A DNA stretch of 64,000 nucleotides from Candidatus Brennerbacteria bacterium (GCA_016183535.1 JACPEK010000002.1:1382-65381), one strand, 5' to 3'. Numbered from the stretch's first letter, positions 20,442 through 31,058 are shown. A program made the numbers and translations. The notes: generated by a model from the letters alone, not told the origin.

Positions 20442-21006
20442 AAAAGAACGCACGCTTGTGATCGTAAAACCGGACGGCGTCCAGCGCGGATTAATCGGTG
20501 AAGTCGTGGGGCGTTATGAACGCACCGGCTTAAAACTTGTGGGGCTCAAAATGATGACCGCGGATGAATCGCTCGCGGAGCGACATTATCTTCTGGACCC
20601 AGATTGGAAACGGAAGTCAGGACAGAAAACCATTGATTCCTACCAAAAGAAGGGGCTCACGCCTCCTTCTAAAAATCCTTTGGAAGTGGGAGAGATTACA
20701 CTCGCGAAATTAAGAAAATTTATGACGTCGGGACCCGTTGTTGCCATGGTGTGGCAAGGGATGCACGCGGTAGGGGTGGTCCGGAAGATCACCGGAGGGA
20801 CGGAACCTCTCACTTCGGACGTGGGGACCATCCGCGGAGACTTCACCATTGATTCCTATGAGGTTTCGGATGAGGATAACCGCGCCACGCGGAACATCGT
20901 GCATGCCTCGGGGTCTGCGGAAGAGGCGGAAGCCGAGATTGTGCTGTGGTTCAGACCTGAAGAGATCTTGAATTACCGGCTCGTAGGCGACGCTATTCTC
21001 TATTAG
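20431..21006 (+). CDS. ndk: Nucleoside diphosphate kinase
   Basis: IVKPDGVQRGL, GTIRGDF, NIVHAS. Confidence 0.95.
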   Translation: MANKKERTLVIVKPDGVQRGLIGEVVGRYERTGLKLVGLKMMTADESLAERHYLLDPDWKRKSGQKTIDSYQKKGLTPPSKNPLEVGEITLAKLRKFMTSGPVVAMVWQGMHAVGVVRKITGGTEPLTSDVGTIRGDFTIDSYEVSDEDNRATRNIVHASGSAEEAEAEIVLWFRPEEILNYRLVGDAILY

Positions 21007-21064
21007 AGGCGAGGTCAAATACTTATCCACTTTCACGGGTTGTGGTGGGGGTATAATAGGGATA

Positions 21065-21191
21065 GGAAGTCCTGCTTTTAGATTCCGGATCAAATTAATT
21101 TGAAAAGGGATTCTTAATCGTTCCGGTTCGTGAATCGGAATTGCGGAAACCCACGTAGGTCAGACGCCGGGAATCATGAGGCAGAACTTCC
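21065..21191 (+). ncRNA. Putative 6S-like structured RNA
   Basis: TATAAT just upstream; ends pair (GGAAGTCCTGC/GCAGAACTTCC and GATTCC/GGAATC), central bubble, apical TTCCGGTT/AATCGGAA stem; terminator follows. Confidence 0.5.
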
Positions 21192-21195
21192 GATC

Positions 21196-21223
21196 AAAAA
21201 CCACCTCGCGCGAGGTGGTTTTT
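21196..21223. terminator. Bidirectional intrinsic terminator
   Basis: AAAAACCACCTCGCGCGAGGTGGTTTTT between the convergent ncRNA and tRNA. Confidence 0.8.
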
Positions 21224-21280
21224 GATTTTCTGTCGGCACCTTCACACTCTCGTGTTCAACGCCTCCTTCACTTCGTTCAG

Positions 21281-21351
21281 TCGGGGAGCCGGGAATCGGA
21301 CCCGGGCTACAAGACCCCCAGCCTTGCGTACTGCCACTATACGACTCCCCG
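21281..21351 (-). tRNA. tRNA-Pro(GGG)
   Basis: Reverse complement CGGGGAG...CAAGG-CTGGGGG-TCTTG...CTCCCCGA; T loop reads TCCGA. Confidence 0.85.
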
Positions 21352-21380
21352 TCTATCCAAGAGTGGATTTGCAACTCTAT

Positions 21381-21532
21381 TTATTTCTTTGCTCCCGCTC
21401 CCTTCCGGGTGAGCGTTTTGATGCAATTTGTGCAGAGTAGTTTCCGCGTGCCGCCCATCACGCGACTCCACTGGAGGTTCGCTTTCTCCCCCCCATGATG
21501 AAAGATTTTTTACAGCGCGCGCAGGCTCTCAT
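21381..21532 (-). pseudogene. rpmB: 50S ribosomal protein L28, frameshifted at a G7 run and internally shortened
   Basis: MRACARCKKSFIMGG in one frame, KANLQWSRV...LCTNCIKTL in the -1 frame; 152 nt. Confidence 0.65.
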
Positions 21533-21584
21533 GACCTAGTAATTAGTAATTGGTAATTTTGAATCGGTCAAGTATGATGATGGC

Positions 21585-22202
21585 ATGGAAGTTGTTTTTT
21601 CCGTCATCGTGCTCATCTTCTCGGTGGTGATCCACGAGGTGTCGCACGGAGCAATCGCGGAACGTTTAGGTGATCCGACCGCGCGACTCGCGGGGCGGCT
21701 TACCTTGAATCCGCTCAAGCATCTTGATCTTTTCGGTTCGGTGATACTCCCCTTGATGCTCTCGCTTCTGCCGGGCGGGGTTGTCTTTGGATGGGCGAAG
21801 CCGGTGCCGTACGATCCGCGGAACCTCAAGCGTCCGGTGCGCGATGGCGCGCTGGTTGCCGCGGCGGGGCCGGTCTCGAATCTTCTCCTCGCACTCGTGT
21901 TCGGACTTCTCTTCCGATTTTTCTCTTCCGGTGAAGGGATGAATGCGGTGGGTGAACTTTTCCCGTCACTCATCGCGCAGGTGGTGGTGGTGAACGTATG
22001 GCTCGCGATTTTCAATCTTATGCCCATTCCACCCCTCGACGGCTCAAAGGTGCTTTTTTGGCTTTTGCCGCAGAGTGCGTACGAACTGCGCGCGTTCCTT
22101 GAACGCTATGGGTTCTTTGTCTTGCTCTTTTTTATATTTTTCGGCATCGAGATCATCATCCCGATTATTCGAGCCGTCGCGGGGTTCTTTCTCGGCGTTT
22201 GA
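21585..22202 (+). CDS. Site-2 protease (M50 family)
   Basis: HEVSH, AAAGP.SN, FNLMPIPPLDG. Confidence 0.93.
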   Translation: MEVVFSVIVLIFSVVIHEVSHGAIAERLGDPTARLAGRLTLNPLKHLDLFGSVILPLMLSLLPGGVVFGWAKPVPYDPRNLKRPVRDGALVAAAGPVSNLLLALVFGLLFRFFSSGEGMNAVGELFPSLIAQVVVVNVWLAIFNLMPIPPLDGSKVLFWLLPQSAYELRAFLERYGFFVLLFFIFFGIEIIIPIIRAVAGFFLGV

Positions 22203-22259
22203 TTGACTCTCCCGCGCTTCCTTGGTACACTCTTGTCGCGTGCAGGCACGCATTTTTTA

Positions 22260-22679
22260 ATGCCTACCGTAAACCAACTTATCAAGCGAGGTCGCGCGAG
22301 AACTGCGGGGAAGGACAAAACCCCCGGGCTCGGTTTTTATTTCAATTATCTGAAGAATCGGCCGGTGAATTCGCCGTCGCCCTTCAAGCGGGGCGTGTGT
22401 GTGAAGGTATTCACCACGACGCCGAAGAAACCGAACTCGGCCTTGCGGAAAGTCGCGCGCGTCCGCCTTACGAATGGTATGGAGGTAACTGCCTATATTC
22501 CAGGGGAGGGACATAACCTACAGGAGCATTCGGTGGTCGTAATTCGCGGAGGCCGCGTGAAGGATTTGCCCGGTGTGCGGGATCATATTGTCCGCGGTGT
22601 TCTCGACACGGGCGGTGTCCAGAATCGGAAACAGCAGAGGTCGAAGTACGGCGCAAAAACGCCCAAGGAGGTCAAGTAG
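22260..22679 (+). CDS. rpsL: 30S ribosomal protein S12
   Basis: [28 protein letters not shown]. Confidence 0.97.
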   Translation: MPTVNQLIKRGRARTAGKDKTPGLGFYFNYLKNRPVNSPSPFKRGVCVKVFTTTPKKPNSALRKVARVRLTNGMEVTAYIPGEGHNLQEHSVVVIRGGRVKDLPGVRDHIVRGVLDTGGVQNRKQQRSKYGAKTPKEVK

Positions 22680-22682
22680 GGT

Positions 22683-23153
22683 ATGAGACGAAAAAATTTC
22701 AAGCGTCCCGCGCGCACCGCCGATCCTGAATACAACAGGCTCGACATCGGCCGTTTTGTAAACTACCTCATGAAAGACGGGGAAAAATCTGTTGCGGAGA
22801 AACTGATGCGCGGAACGTTCGCGAAGGTGCAAGAAACAGCGAAGGAGGATCCCGTAAAAGTCTTTGAACGCGCGCTCGAGAACGCCACCCCCCTCGTTGA
22901 GGTGGTGTCGCGGCGCGTGGGAGGCGCGAATTATCAAATTCCGCAGGAGGTGCGTCCCGAGCGGAAGTTTTATCTCGCAACCCGATGGATCATCGCGGCG
23001 GCGCGCGGGAAGAAAGGGAAGCCGATGGCGGAGCGACTCGCCGAAGAACTTATCCTTGCCGCGAAGAACGAAGGGAGCGCGATTAAAAAGAAACAGGACA
23101 TGCATCGTATGGCGGAAGCGAACAGAGCGTTCGCTTCGCTCCTGCGAAGATAG
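22683..23153 (+). CDS. rpsG: 30S ribosomal protein S7
   Basis: SRRVGGANYQIP, HRMAEANRAFA. Confidence 0.97.
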   Translation: MRRKNFKRPARTADPEYNRLDIGRFVNYLMKDGEKSVAEKLMRGTFAKVQETAKEDPVKVFERALENATPLVEVVSRRVGGANYQIPQEVRPERKFYLATRWIIAAARGKKGKPMAERLAEELILAAKNEGSAIKKKQDMHRMAEANRAFASLLRR

Positions 23154-23252
23154 CGGTATGCATAGCAATTGTTTCGCAGGAAAATTTTACAGGTCGTGCG
23201 TTCGCCTCTCGGCGGGCGGATTTGATTCGTTTTGGCGACGGTAATCCGTTAT

Positions 23253-25391
23253 ATGCCACGACTATATCCAATCGAAAGAGTCCGCGATATAGGAATTATC
23301 GCTCACATTGACGCGGGGAAAACCACCGTGTCCGAGCGGGTGCTTTTTTATACCGGCGTCTCGCACAAGATCGGCGAGGTGCACGAAGGCGACACCGTGA
23401 TGGACTGGATGGAGCAGGAGCGTGAGCGCGGGATTACCATCACCTCTGCGGCCACCACTTGTTTCTGGACCCCGACTTATGTAGTGGGCGATCCCTCGAC
23501 GAGCTCGGTACAAGTAAATCATAAGGAACGGGAGCACCGCATCAACCTTATCGACACGCCGGGCCACATCGACTTCACGGTCGAGGTGAAGCGGTCGCTT
23601 CGCGTGCTGGACGGCGCGGTGGTGGTATTCGACGGCGTGGCGGGCGTGGAACCGCAGTCCGAAACCAACTGGCGCTATGCGGATGAGTACCATGTGCCAC
23701 GCGTCTGTTTTATTAATAAACTCGATCGGATGGGCGCAAATTTCGAGCATGACATCCAATCTATCCGCGAGCGGCTCACCACAAATCTTGCGATCCTTCA
23801 GCTTCCCATTGGCATCGAAGGAACGTTCGAGGGGGTGGTGGATTTGCTTACGCGCACCGCATACCGTTTCGAAGGAGAGCGGGGCGAGCGGATCGTAAAA
23901 GGAGAAATTCCCGCAGATATGAAAGAATCGGTGGAGCGGTATCGCCACGAGCTCATCGAAAAAATAGCGGAGACCGACGACGCGCTTCTCCACGAATATT
24001 TGGAAGGAAAGGAACCCTCTCTCGAAGCGCTCAAGAAAGCGCTTCGAGCCGCAACCTTGAAGGTACGCTTGGTGCCGATTCTTTGCGGCTCGGCGCTCAA
24101 GAACAAGGGCGTCCAGCTTGTCTTGGACGCTGTGGTGGATTACCTCCCGTCTCCCGTTGATCTTCCGCCGGTCAAAGGAACACATCCTGATACGCATGCT
24201 GAAGAAACGCGCATGCCGTCCGACGATGAACCGTTCGCGGCCTTAGCGTTCAAGATCGCCGCGGATCCGTTCGTGGGGTCCTTGACCTATTTCCGCGTTT
24301 ATTCGGGCATCATGAAACGGGGAAGCTACATTTTGAACGCGACGAAGGGATCGCAGGAACGGGTGGGGCGCATCATGCGGATGCACGCGAACCATCGCGA
24401 AGAGGTGGAAGAGATTTATGCGGGAGATATTGGCGCCATTGTGGGGCTCAAGAACACCACGACGGGGGACAGTTTGGTGGATCCCGCGAAACCCATCGCG
24501 CTCGAGCGCATCACGTTCCCCGAGCCGGTTATCACTATTCGTATCGAGCCGAAAACGAAAGCCGACCAGGAGAAGATGGGTGTTGCGCTCCGGCGTCTCG
24601 CCGAGGAGGATCCCACGTTCCGCGTGTCGGGCGACGCGGAAACGGGCGAGACTCTCATTGCGGGCATGGGTGAACTGCATCTCGAGATCATCGTGGATCG
24701 CATGAAGCGCGAGTTCAATGTGGAAGCGAATGTAGGGCGTCCGCAGGTGGCGTACAAGGAAACCATCAAGGGGAAAGCCGATGCGGAAGGCAAATATATT
24801 CGCCAGTCGGGTGGTCGCGGTCAGTACGGTCATGTGAAGATCAGAGTGGAACCTATGGAACGCGGGAAGGGGTATGAGTTTGTGGACGAGATCAAGGGCG
24901 GCGCGATTCCGCATGAATTCATCGCGCCCGTAGAGAAAGGTTTGGAGGAGGCTACCGGGAAGGGTGTGCTTGCGGGGTACCCGATGACGGACTTGAAAGT
25001 GACGCTCTACGACGGGTCGTACCATGACGTTGATTCTTCGGAATTTGCTTTCAAAATCGCGGCTTCGATGGCGCTCCAAGAAGCCACTAAAAAGGCAAAG
25101 CTCGTGCTGCTTGAGCCGGTGATGAAGGTGCAGGTTATCGCGCCCGACCAGTTTTTGGGAGACGTGACAGGTGATCTCTCCTCGCGGCGCGCGAAGATTA
25201 CCGCAATGGGAGAGCGTGGCATGGCGCGTGTAGTGGACGCGGACGTGCCATTAGCCGAGATGTTCGGCTATGTGACAAATTTGCGTTCAATGACGCAGGG
25301 ACGCGGATCGTTCACGATGGAATTTAGTCATTATGACGAAGTTCCCGGAAACGTTGCCCAGCAGGTAATCGAAGGAAGAATCAAGAAGTAG
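23253..25391 (+). CDS. fusA: Elongation factor G
   Basis: [30 protein letters not shown]. Confidence 0.98.
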   Translation: MPRLYPIERVRDIGIIAHIDAGKTTVSERVLFYTGVSHKIGEVHEGDTVMDWMEQERERGITITSAATTCFWTPTYVVGDPSTSSVQVNHKEREHRINLIDTPGHIDFTVEVKRSLRVLDGAVVVFDGVAGVEPQSETNWRYADEYHVPRVCFINKLDRMGANFEHDIQSIRERLTTNLAILQLPIGIEGTFEGVVDLLTRTAYRFEGERGERIVKGEIPADMKESVERYRHELIEKIAETDDALLHEYLEGKEPSLEALKKALRAATLKVRLVPILCGSALKNKGVQLVLDAVVDYLPSPVDLPPVKGTHPDTHAEETRMPSDDEPFAALAFKIAADPFVGSLTYFRVYSGIMKRGSYILNATKGSQERVGRIMRMHANHREEVEEIYAGDIGAIVGLKNTTTGDSLVDPAKPIALERITFPEPVITIRIEPKTKADQEKMGVALRRLAEEDPTFRVSGDAETGETLIAGMGELHLEIIVDRMKREFNVEANVGRPQVAYKETIKGKADAEGKYIRQSGGRGQYGHVKIRVEPMERGKGYEFVDEIKGGAIPHEFIAPVEKGLEEATGKGVLAGYPMTDLKVTLYDGSYHDVDSSEFAFKIAASMALQEATKKAKLVLLEPVMKVQVIAPDQFLGDVTGDLSSRRAKITAMGERGMARVVDADVPLAEMFGYVTNLRSMTQGRGSFTMEFSHYDEVPGNVAQQVIEGRIKK

Positions 25392-25513
25392 GGAATAAAC
25401 TCCATCGCGTATCATGTTCAGGGAATGCCGGCGCAGGAAGCGCGCCGGCGCTTTGTTATTGACGGGCGGCGCAGAGATGTTATTTTTCTTCTTAGTAATT
25501 TTGGGAGGTTTTC

Positions 25514-25900
25514 ATGGAAGATCAACTTGCGCGCATGCATTATCTGCGCGCCTTGCACCGCGCGAAGACCGCGGCGCGTATTTTGGAACTTCTCGCGCAA
25601 GGGAACGCGCTCAAGCGTTTCGAGGCGTGGGATTGCGGCGGAAAGAACGGAGCCGCAATAAAAAACCGCGTGGCGACGGTATTCGAAACGTCCCGCACGC
25701 GCGTGTTCATTAGGCTGGCTCATGCGACCTCGTTACGGCGAATTTCCATCACGCTCCGTTGCGTGGGAACGGGTACGCGCCGCATCCGCTGGAGGAAAAT
25801 CCACAAACTCTCCTCTCGTAACGTATTTTTTTGGAACGCTTCCGTGGACTTTTTCACGAAGGTGTATGCGGAGGCGGTCCGGAGCCATTTCAGTTGTTGA
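25514..25900 (+). CDS. Hypothetical basic protein between fusA and tuf
   Basis: SD GGGAGG upstream, TTGACG further upstream, terminator downstream. Confidence 0.55.
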   Translation: MEDQLARMHYLRALHRAKTAARILELLAQGNALKRFEAWDCGGKNGAAIKNRVATVFETSRTRVFIRLAHATSLRRISITLRCVGTGTRRIRWRKIHKLSSRNVFFWNASVDFFTKVYAEAVRSHFSC

Positions 25901-25904
25901 GTTG

Positions 25905-25934
25905 CGCCATCCCGAAAAAGGGATGGCGTTTTTT
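25905..25934 (+). terminator. Intrinsic terminator
   Basis: CGCCATCCC/GGGATGGCG hairpin plus T6. Confidence 0.8.
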
Positions 25935-26089
25935 GAATGGGGTTGACAGTTTTTCGCGGATACGCGAGTATGGAGTGGCCAACGCAAACGTTCCCCTTTA
26001 CAGTCGAAAAGGGAGTGAATATGAATCAGTTGTTAGCGATTAGTTTGAGGGGTTGAAAACTAAAAGCTAAAAACGAGAAACTAATTTTT

Positions 26090-27289
26090 ATGGCAGAGAA
26101 AGCGAAGTTTGAACGGACGAAGCCTCACGTGAATGTGGGGACCATCGGGCACGTCGACCACGGCAAGACCACCTTGACGGCGGCGATGACGCACGTGCTC
26201 TTTATGAAAGGTCTGACGAAGAAGGAGGAGAAGGTAGACATGATCGACAACGCGCCCGAAGAAAAGGCGCGCGGCATCACGATCGCCCTCCACCACTCCG
26301 AGTATGAATCCGAGAAGCGTCACTATGCGCACGTGGATGCGCCCGGTCACGCGGACTACATCAAGAACATGATCACGGGCGCCGCGCAGATGGACGGCGC
26401 GATTCTCGTGGTTTCGGCCGCGGACGGCCCTATGCCGCAGACGCGCGAACACATTCTTTTGGCGCGTCAGGTTGGCGTGCCGGCCATCGTGGTGTTTCTC
26501 AATAAAGTTGACATGGTGGACGACAAGGAGCTTGTTGACCTCGTGGAATCCGAGGTGCGGGAACTCTTGAAAAAATATCAGTTTCCGGGCGACACGACCC
26601 CGGTGATCCGGGGATCAGCCTTAAAGGCGCTCGAATCAAATTCGGCGGACTCGGAAGAGGCAAAGCCGATCTTGGAACTCGTGAAAGCAATCGATGAGTT
26701 CATTCCCGAGCCGGTTCGCGACAAAGATAAGCCGTTCCTCATGCCGATCGAAGATATTTTCTCCATCGAGGGCCGCGGTACCGTCTGCACGGGCCGCGTC
26801 GAGCGGGGGATTTTGAAGGTGAACGACGAGATGGAAATTATCGGTCTCAAGCCGACCCAGAAAACAGTAGTGACGGGCGTCGAGATGTTCCAAAAGACTT
26901 TGGATGAAGCGCAGGCGGGCGACAACGTGGGTATTCTCCTCCGTGGATTGAAGAAGGAAGATGTGGAGCGCGGGCAGGTTATCGCAAAACCGGGATCGGT
27001 CACGCCCCACACGGAGTTCGAAGCGGAGGTATATGTACTCTCGAAGGAAGAGGGCGGCCGACACACACCGTTCTTCAAGGGTTACAAGCCGCAGTTCTAC
27101 ATTCGCACGACTGACGTGACAGGCGAGGTGATTCTTCCCGCGGGTGTCGAGATGGTGATGCCGGGCGATACCGTGTCAATCACCGTGAAACTTATCGCGC
27201 CCGTCGCGCTCGAGGAAAAGCAGCGTTTTGCGATCCGCGAGGGAGGCAAGACGGTGGGTGCGGGTGCGGTGACGAAGATTCTTAAATAA
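26090..27289 (+). CDS. tuf: Elongation factor Tu
   Basis: [21 protein letters not shown]. Confidence 0.99.
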   Translation: MAEKAKFERTKPHVNVGTIGHVDHGKTTLTAAMTHVLFMKGLTKKEEKVDMIDNAPEEKARGITIALHHSEYESEKRHYAHVDAPGHADYIKNMITGAAQMDGAILVVSAADGPMPQTREHILLARQVGVPAIVVFLNKVDMVDDKELVDLVESEVRELLKKYQFPGDTTPVIRGSALKALESNSADSEEAKPILELVKAIDEFIPEPVRDKDKPFLMPIEDIFSIEGRGTVCTGRVERGILKVNDEMEIIGLKPTQKTVVTGVEMFQKTLDEAQAGDNVGILLRGLKKEDVERGQVIAKPGSVTPHTEFEAEVYVLSKEEGGRHTPFFKGYKPQFYIRTTDVTGEVILPAGVEMVMPGDTVSITVKLIAPVALEEKQRFAIREGGKTVGAGAVTKILK

Positions 27290-27348
27290 ACACTAACGTC
27301 GCGAACCGTTCGTGATATTCGTGGGGTTGTTCGTGAACATTCACGGTA

Positions 27349-27681
27349 ATGAAAAAGAAAGAAGCTGAAGTTCATAAGGAACGCATCCGCCTTCGGGTGA
27401 AATCTTACGACGCGAAGCTCATCGACAATTCGGTGCGCCAAATCATCGAGGCTATTCGGCGGCAGGGAGGCGAAGTGATTGGGCCCACGCCGCTCCCCAC
27501 CGAATTTAAGAAGTACACCGTGAACCGCTCGACTTTCGTGCACAAGAAATCGCGCGAAGCTTTCGAACTGCGGGTCCATAAGCGTATTCTTGACATTCTG
27601 AATCCCGATCCAAAAACGGTTGAATCACTCTCCGATCTTAATTTACCTGCCGGGGTGGATGTTGAGATTAAAATGAGTTGA
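27349..27681 (+). CDS. rpsJ: 30S ribosomal protein S10
   Basis: GPTPLPT, HKKSREAFE, LPAGVDVEI. Confidence 0.97.
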   Translation: MKKKEAEVHKERIRLRVKSYDAKLIDNSVRQIIEAIRRQGGEVIGPTPLPTEFKKYTVNRSTFVHKKSREAFELRVHKRILDILNPDPKTVESLSDLNLPAGVDVEIKMS

Positions 27682-27701
27682 TCGTTTTGCGACATTGTTC
27701 T

Positions 27702-27738
27702 GAACAACTCCGACCTTAGGTTGGAGTCGTTCTTTTTT
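27702..27738 (+). terminator. Intrinsic terminator after rpsJ
   Basis: GAACAACTCCGACC/GGTTGGAGTCGTTC hairpin plus T6. Confidence 0.7.
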
Positions 27739-27750
27739 GAGAAGTAGGGC

Positions 27751-27843
27751 TTGACGGTATCACCTCTTTCGGATAGGATAATGAGGCTTTAGGAGGCACT
27801 CGTGAAACATCGAAACCACCCGCCTGAAGCGCGGGTATTTTTA
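27751..27843 (+). promoter_or_regulatory. Sigma-70 promoter and hairpin leader before rplC
   Basis: TTGACG-N17-TAGGAT, then ACCCGC/GCGGGT hairpin with T-run. Confidence 0.5.
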
Positions 27844-27879
27844 TTCGGTTCGGGAAATTTCGCGAGCCGGGGTGGAAGT

Positions 27880-28317
27880 ATGGTAAAAATAGCGGCTACC
27901 AAAGTGAACATGACGACGATTTGGAAAAGCGACGAGGCAATACCCGTCACGGCTCTTATGATTTCCGCGACGGTCGCACCGGAGACCTGGGATGATCTTC
28001 AAGAAGGGAAGCGGATCGCGGTCGCGGGTACGAGCAAGGGTAAGGGATTTCAGGGCGTCGTGAAGCGTCACGGGTTCCACGGCGGGCCGAAGAGCCACGG
28101 TCAAAAAGACCGACTTCGCGCGCCCGGTTCTTTGGGCCCCACCGCGCCACAGCGCGTTCTTCCCGGGCGTAAAATGGCCGGGCACATGGGAAACGCGCGA
28201 GTGACGACGAAGAATCTCTCCATTGTTGAGAGTAAGAAAGACGCTCGTCTTCTTTTTGTGCGGGGCGCGGTGCCGGGTCCGCGGGGAGGAAAGGTGGAAA
28301 TCAAGATAGTGCAATAG
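27880..28317 (+). CDS. rplC: 50S ribosomal protein L3, short (145 aa)
   Basis: [38 protein letters not shown]. Confidence 0.93.
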   Translation: MVKIAATKVNMTTIWKSDEAIPVTALMISATVAPETWDDLQEGKRIAVAGTSKGKGFQGVVKRHGFHGGPKSHGQKDRLRAPGSLGPTAPQRVLPGRKMAGHMGNARVTTKNLSIVESKKDARLLFVRGAVPGPRGGKVEIKIVQ

Positions 28318-28324
28318 TCACGGT

Positions 28325-28954
28325 ATGACGACAACGGCGGACATATTCAATCAAGCGCATGAGAAAGTGGGAACGGTGGAACTCCCCGCCGGCCTCTTTG
28401 GCGCACGGTGGGCCCCACGTACGGTGCACCAGGTGGTGACGGCGTTTATGGCAAACCAGCGCAACGTAGTCGCGCACGCGAAGGGGCGGAGCGAAGTCGC
28501 GGGCGGAGGAAAGAAACCGTGGAAACAGAAGCACACCGGTCGCGCGCGGCACGGATCCCGCCGGTCTCCATTGTGGCGGGGTGGGGGCGTCACCCATGGG
28601 CCTCTTACGTCGCGCGATTTTTCAAAAAAAGTGAACGGTGGCATGAAGCGCGCGGCGCTTCGTGCCGTACTTTCGAAAAAAATGAAGGACGGGGAGATAA
28701 TGATACTCGATACGCTCGCCTTGCCGGCGGCGAAGACTAAAACAGTCGCAGGGCTCATAAGGAATTTCGGTGCAAACTCCACGCTTTTCGTTTCCGCAAA
28801 ACCCGCCCCGGCGCTCGCGCGCGCCAGCCGGAACATCGGGAAAGTTGATGCGATAAGTGCCGCCGATCTGCACGCCTATGTGTGTGTGGCGCACCGTACG
28901 CTTCTTGTCGAAAAACATGCATTGGAAGTCTTAAAAAAGCGTTTGGGAAAATAA
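28325..28954 (+). CDS. rplD: 50S ribosomal protein L4
   Basis: KPWKQKHTGRARHGS, WRGGGVTHGP. Confidence 0.97.
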   Translation: MTTTADIFNQAHEKVGTVELPAGLFGARWAPRTVHQVVTAFMANQRNVVAHAKGRSEVAGGGKKPWKQKHTGRARHGSRRSPLWRGGGVTHGPLTSRDFSKKVNGGMKRAALRAVLSKKMKDGEIMILDTLALPAAKTKTVAGLIRNFGANSTLFVSAKPAPALARASRNIGKVDAISAADLHAYVCVAHRTLLVEKHALEVLKKRLGK

Positions 28955-28969
28955 AAATTTTAGAAAAGT

Positions 28970-29383
28970 ATGGGAATTTTTTCCAAGAAAACAAAAAAAG
29001 ATGAAGCTCGTCCCGTTCAGGGTCGCGCGCGCGATTCCGTTGCACACGCCTCCGGGACCGCTTCCGCGCCCGCCCGCCGAAACGTCGGCACGGGCGGCGC
29101 TCCTTTGAGCGAAATGCGTCGTGTGTTGGTTCGCCCGCGCGCGAGTGAAAAAAGCACGCGGCTTGAAGGAAAGAATGTCTACGTGTTCGTGGTGCGTGAC
29201 GAGGCGAACAAGCGGTCGGTAAGAGAAGAAGTGGAGCGCCGGTATGGCGTGAGAGTGACGCGTGTGAACATTGTGCGGCGCCGCGCGGCGCGCCGATTTT
29301 TCCACGGGCGGACTCACGAAGGAATTATTACGAAGAAAGCGTTGGTGACCCTCGTGAAGGGTGCCGTCATTAATCTTAAATAA
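28970..29383 (+). CDS. rplW: 50S ribosomal protein L23 with N-terminal extension
   Basis: PRASEKS, ANK...VTRVNI, KKALVTL; operon position. Confidence 0.92.
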   Translation: MGIFSKKTKKDEARPVQGRARDSVAHASGTASAPARRNVGTGGAPLSEMRRVLVRPRASEKSTRLEGKNVYVFVVRDEANKRSVREEVERRYGVRVTRVNIVRRRAARRFFHGRTHEGIITKKALVTLVKGAVINLK

Positions 29384-29384
29384 T

Positions 29385-30209
29385 ATGAAGACCTACCATC
29401 CCACCACGCCTTCGCGCCGCCACATGCAGGGGATCGACTACCGGATCCTCACCGTGACAGAGCCGTGGAAACCGCTTACCAAGCGCCTTGTTGCTCGCGC
29501 AGGTCGCAACCATCATGGCCGCATCACCATGCGTCACCAAGGAGGTGGCAACAAGAAACTCTACCGCGTGGTGGATTTTAAAATGGAAAAGCGGAACATT
29601 CCCGCGCGCGTTGAAACCATCGAATACGATCCGTACCGCACCGCGTTTATCGCGCGGATTATCTACCGCGATGGGGCGCGTCGCTATATTCTCGCGCCAC
29701 AAGGACTCGCGGTGAGGGATACGATCGTCGCGGCTCCCGAAGCTCCTTTGAAACCGGGGAATCGGTTGGAGCTTCGGCGCATTCCGGTCGGCACTTTCAT
29801 CCATAACGTGGAAATATTTCCCGGCCGCGGAGGCGCGCTCGCCCGCTCTGCGGGCGCCTCATTGCAGGTACTCGCGAATGAAGATCGATATACCCACCTC
29901 AAGATGCCTTCGGGCGAGGTTCGAAAAGTGCTCGCGCGCGGATATGCCTCCGTGGGGGCGGTCTCAAATCCCGAGCATTCGTTCGTCGCGATAGGCAAGG
30001 CGGGGCGTTCCCGATGGCTTGGCGTGCGTCCTACCACCCGCGCAAAAGCCATGAACCCGCGCGATCACAAATATGGCGGCGGTGAAGGAAGCACTCAACG
30101 CGGCACCAAGCGTCCAAAGGATAAATGGGGTAATATTACGGGCGGGCGGAAAACCCGCAACAAGAAAAAGTGGTCGCGCGCGCTCATTGTTTCCCGCCGC
30201 CGGCGATAA
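29385..30209 (+). CDS. rplB: 50S ribosomal protein L2
   Basis: GRNHHGRIT, IEYDPYRTA, GKAGRSRW, AMNPRDHKYGGGEG. Confidence 0.97.
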   Translation: MKTYHPTTPSRRHMQGIDYRILTVTEPWKPLTKRLVARAGRNHHGRITMRHQGGGNKKLYRVVDFKMEKRNIPARVETIEYDPYRTAFIARIIYRDGARRYILAPQGLAVRDTIVAAPEAPLKPGNRLELRRIPVGTFIHNVEIFPGRGGALARSAGASLQVLANEDRYTHLKMPSGEVRKVLARGYASVGAVSNPEHSFVAIGKAGRSRWLGVRPTTRAKAMNPRDHKYGGGEGSTQRGTKRPKDKWGNITGGRKTRNKKKWSRALIVSRRRR

Positions 30210-30218
30210 TTTTCAGCC

Positions 30219-30533
30219 ATGACTCGTCCTCAACGAAAAGGTCCGTGGGTGGACCCAAAACTCGTAAAAAAGATTGCCGGGAAAAACCCGGGAGAAGCCG
30301 CGCCGATTAAGACTTGGTCGCGGGATTCGGAAATCGCTCCGGAGATGGTGGGCTTTACTTTTCTCGTCCACAACGGGAAAGAGTTCCTCCCCGTCCCCGT
30401 TTCCGAAGATATGGTCGGTCATCGCTTGGGCGAATTCTCGCCAACGCGCAAATTCGTGAAGCACGGCGGAAAAATGCAACGCGAGCTTGAAACCTCCGCG
30501 GCGCAGAAAGCTGCCCCGGCCGCGAAAAAATAA
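30219..30533 (+). CDS. rpsS: 30S ribosomal protein S19
   Basis: [22 protein letters not shown]. Confidence 0.97.
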   Translation: MTRPQRKGPWVDPKLVKKIAGKNPGEAAPIKTWSRDSEIAPEMVGFTFLVHNGKEFLPVPVSEDMVGHRLGEFSPTRKFVKHGGKMQRELETSAAQKAAPAAKK

Positions 30534-30548
30534 AATCATATCATTATC

Positions 30549-31058
30549 ATGACTTCTTCCGCACACGCCTATCTTCGCTATCTTCGCGCCGCGCCGCGCA
30601 AAACGCGCGCGGTAGCTGATGTCATTCGCGGTCTCTCGGTTTCAGAAGCCGAAGCCCAGCTTTTACTCATGTCCCGCAGCGCCGCGATGCCAATTCTAAA
30701 ACTCCTCCGTTCCGCGGCGGCGAACGCACGAGTGGTTTTAAAACGGGAACCGCACGCGCTTTTCGTGAAGGAGATAAGAGTGGATCAAGGGCCAAAATCG
30801 AAGCGGTGGATGCCCCGCGCGCGCGGCGCCATGAGCCCCATTGAACGAAAAACAAGTCATGTATCTATCGTGCTCGGCATGCTCGCCGCGCCAAAACCCG
30901 CGCGATTCACAATCAAGGAAGCGGTGAAACCGCAGGAAAAAACGGGCGGGAAAAAGACGGGTACGCGGGAGCATGACCATGTCCATGAGGAGCGCGAGGG
31001 ACAAGAGAGCGAAAAAAGAGGTTTTGCGAAGCGCGTATTTCGCCGGAAAGCTGTATGA
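30549..31058 (+). CDS. rplV: 50S ribosomal protein L22 with C-terminal extension
   Basis: APRK, SAAANA, PRARG, TSHVSI. Confidence 0.96.
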   Translation: MTSSAHAYLRYLRAAPRKTRAVADVIRGLSVSEAEAQLLLMSRSAAMPILKLLRSAAANARVVLKREPHALFVKEIRVDQGPKSKRWMPRARGAMSPIERKTSHVSIVLGMLAAPKPARFTIKEAVKPQEKTGGKKTGTREHDHVHEEREGQESEKRGFAKRVFRRKAV

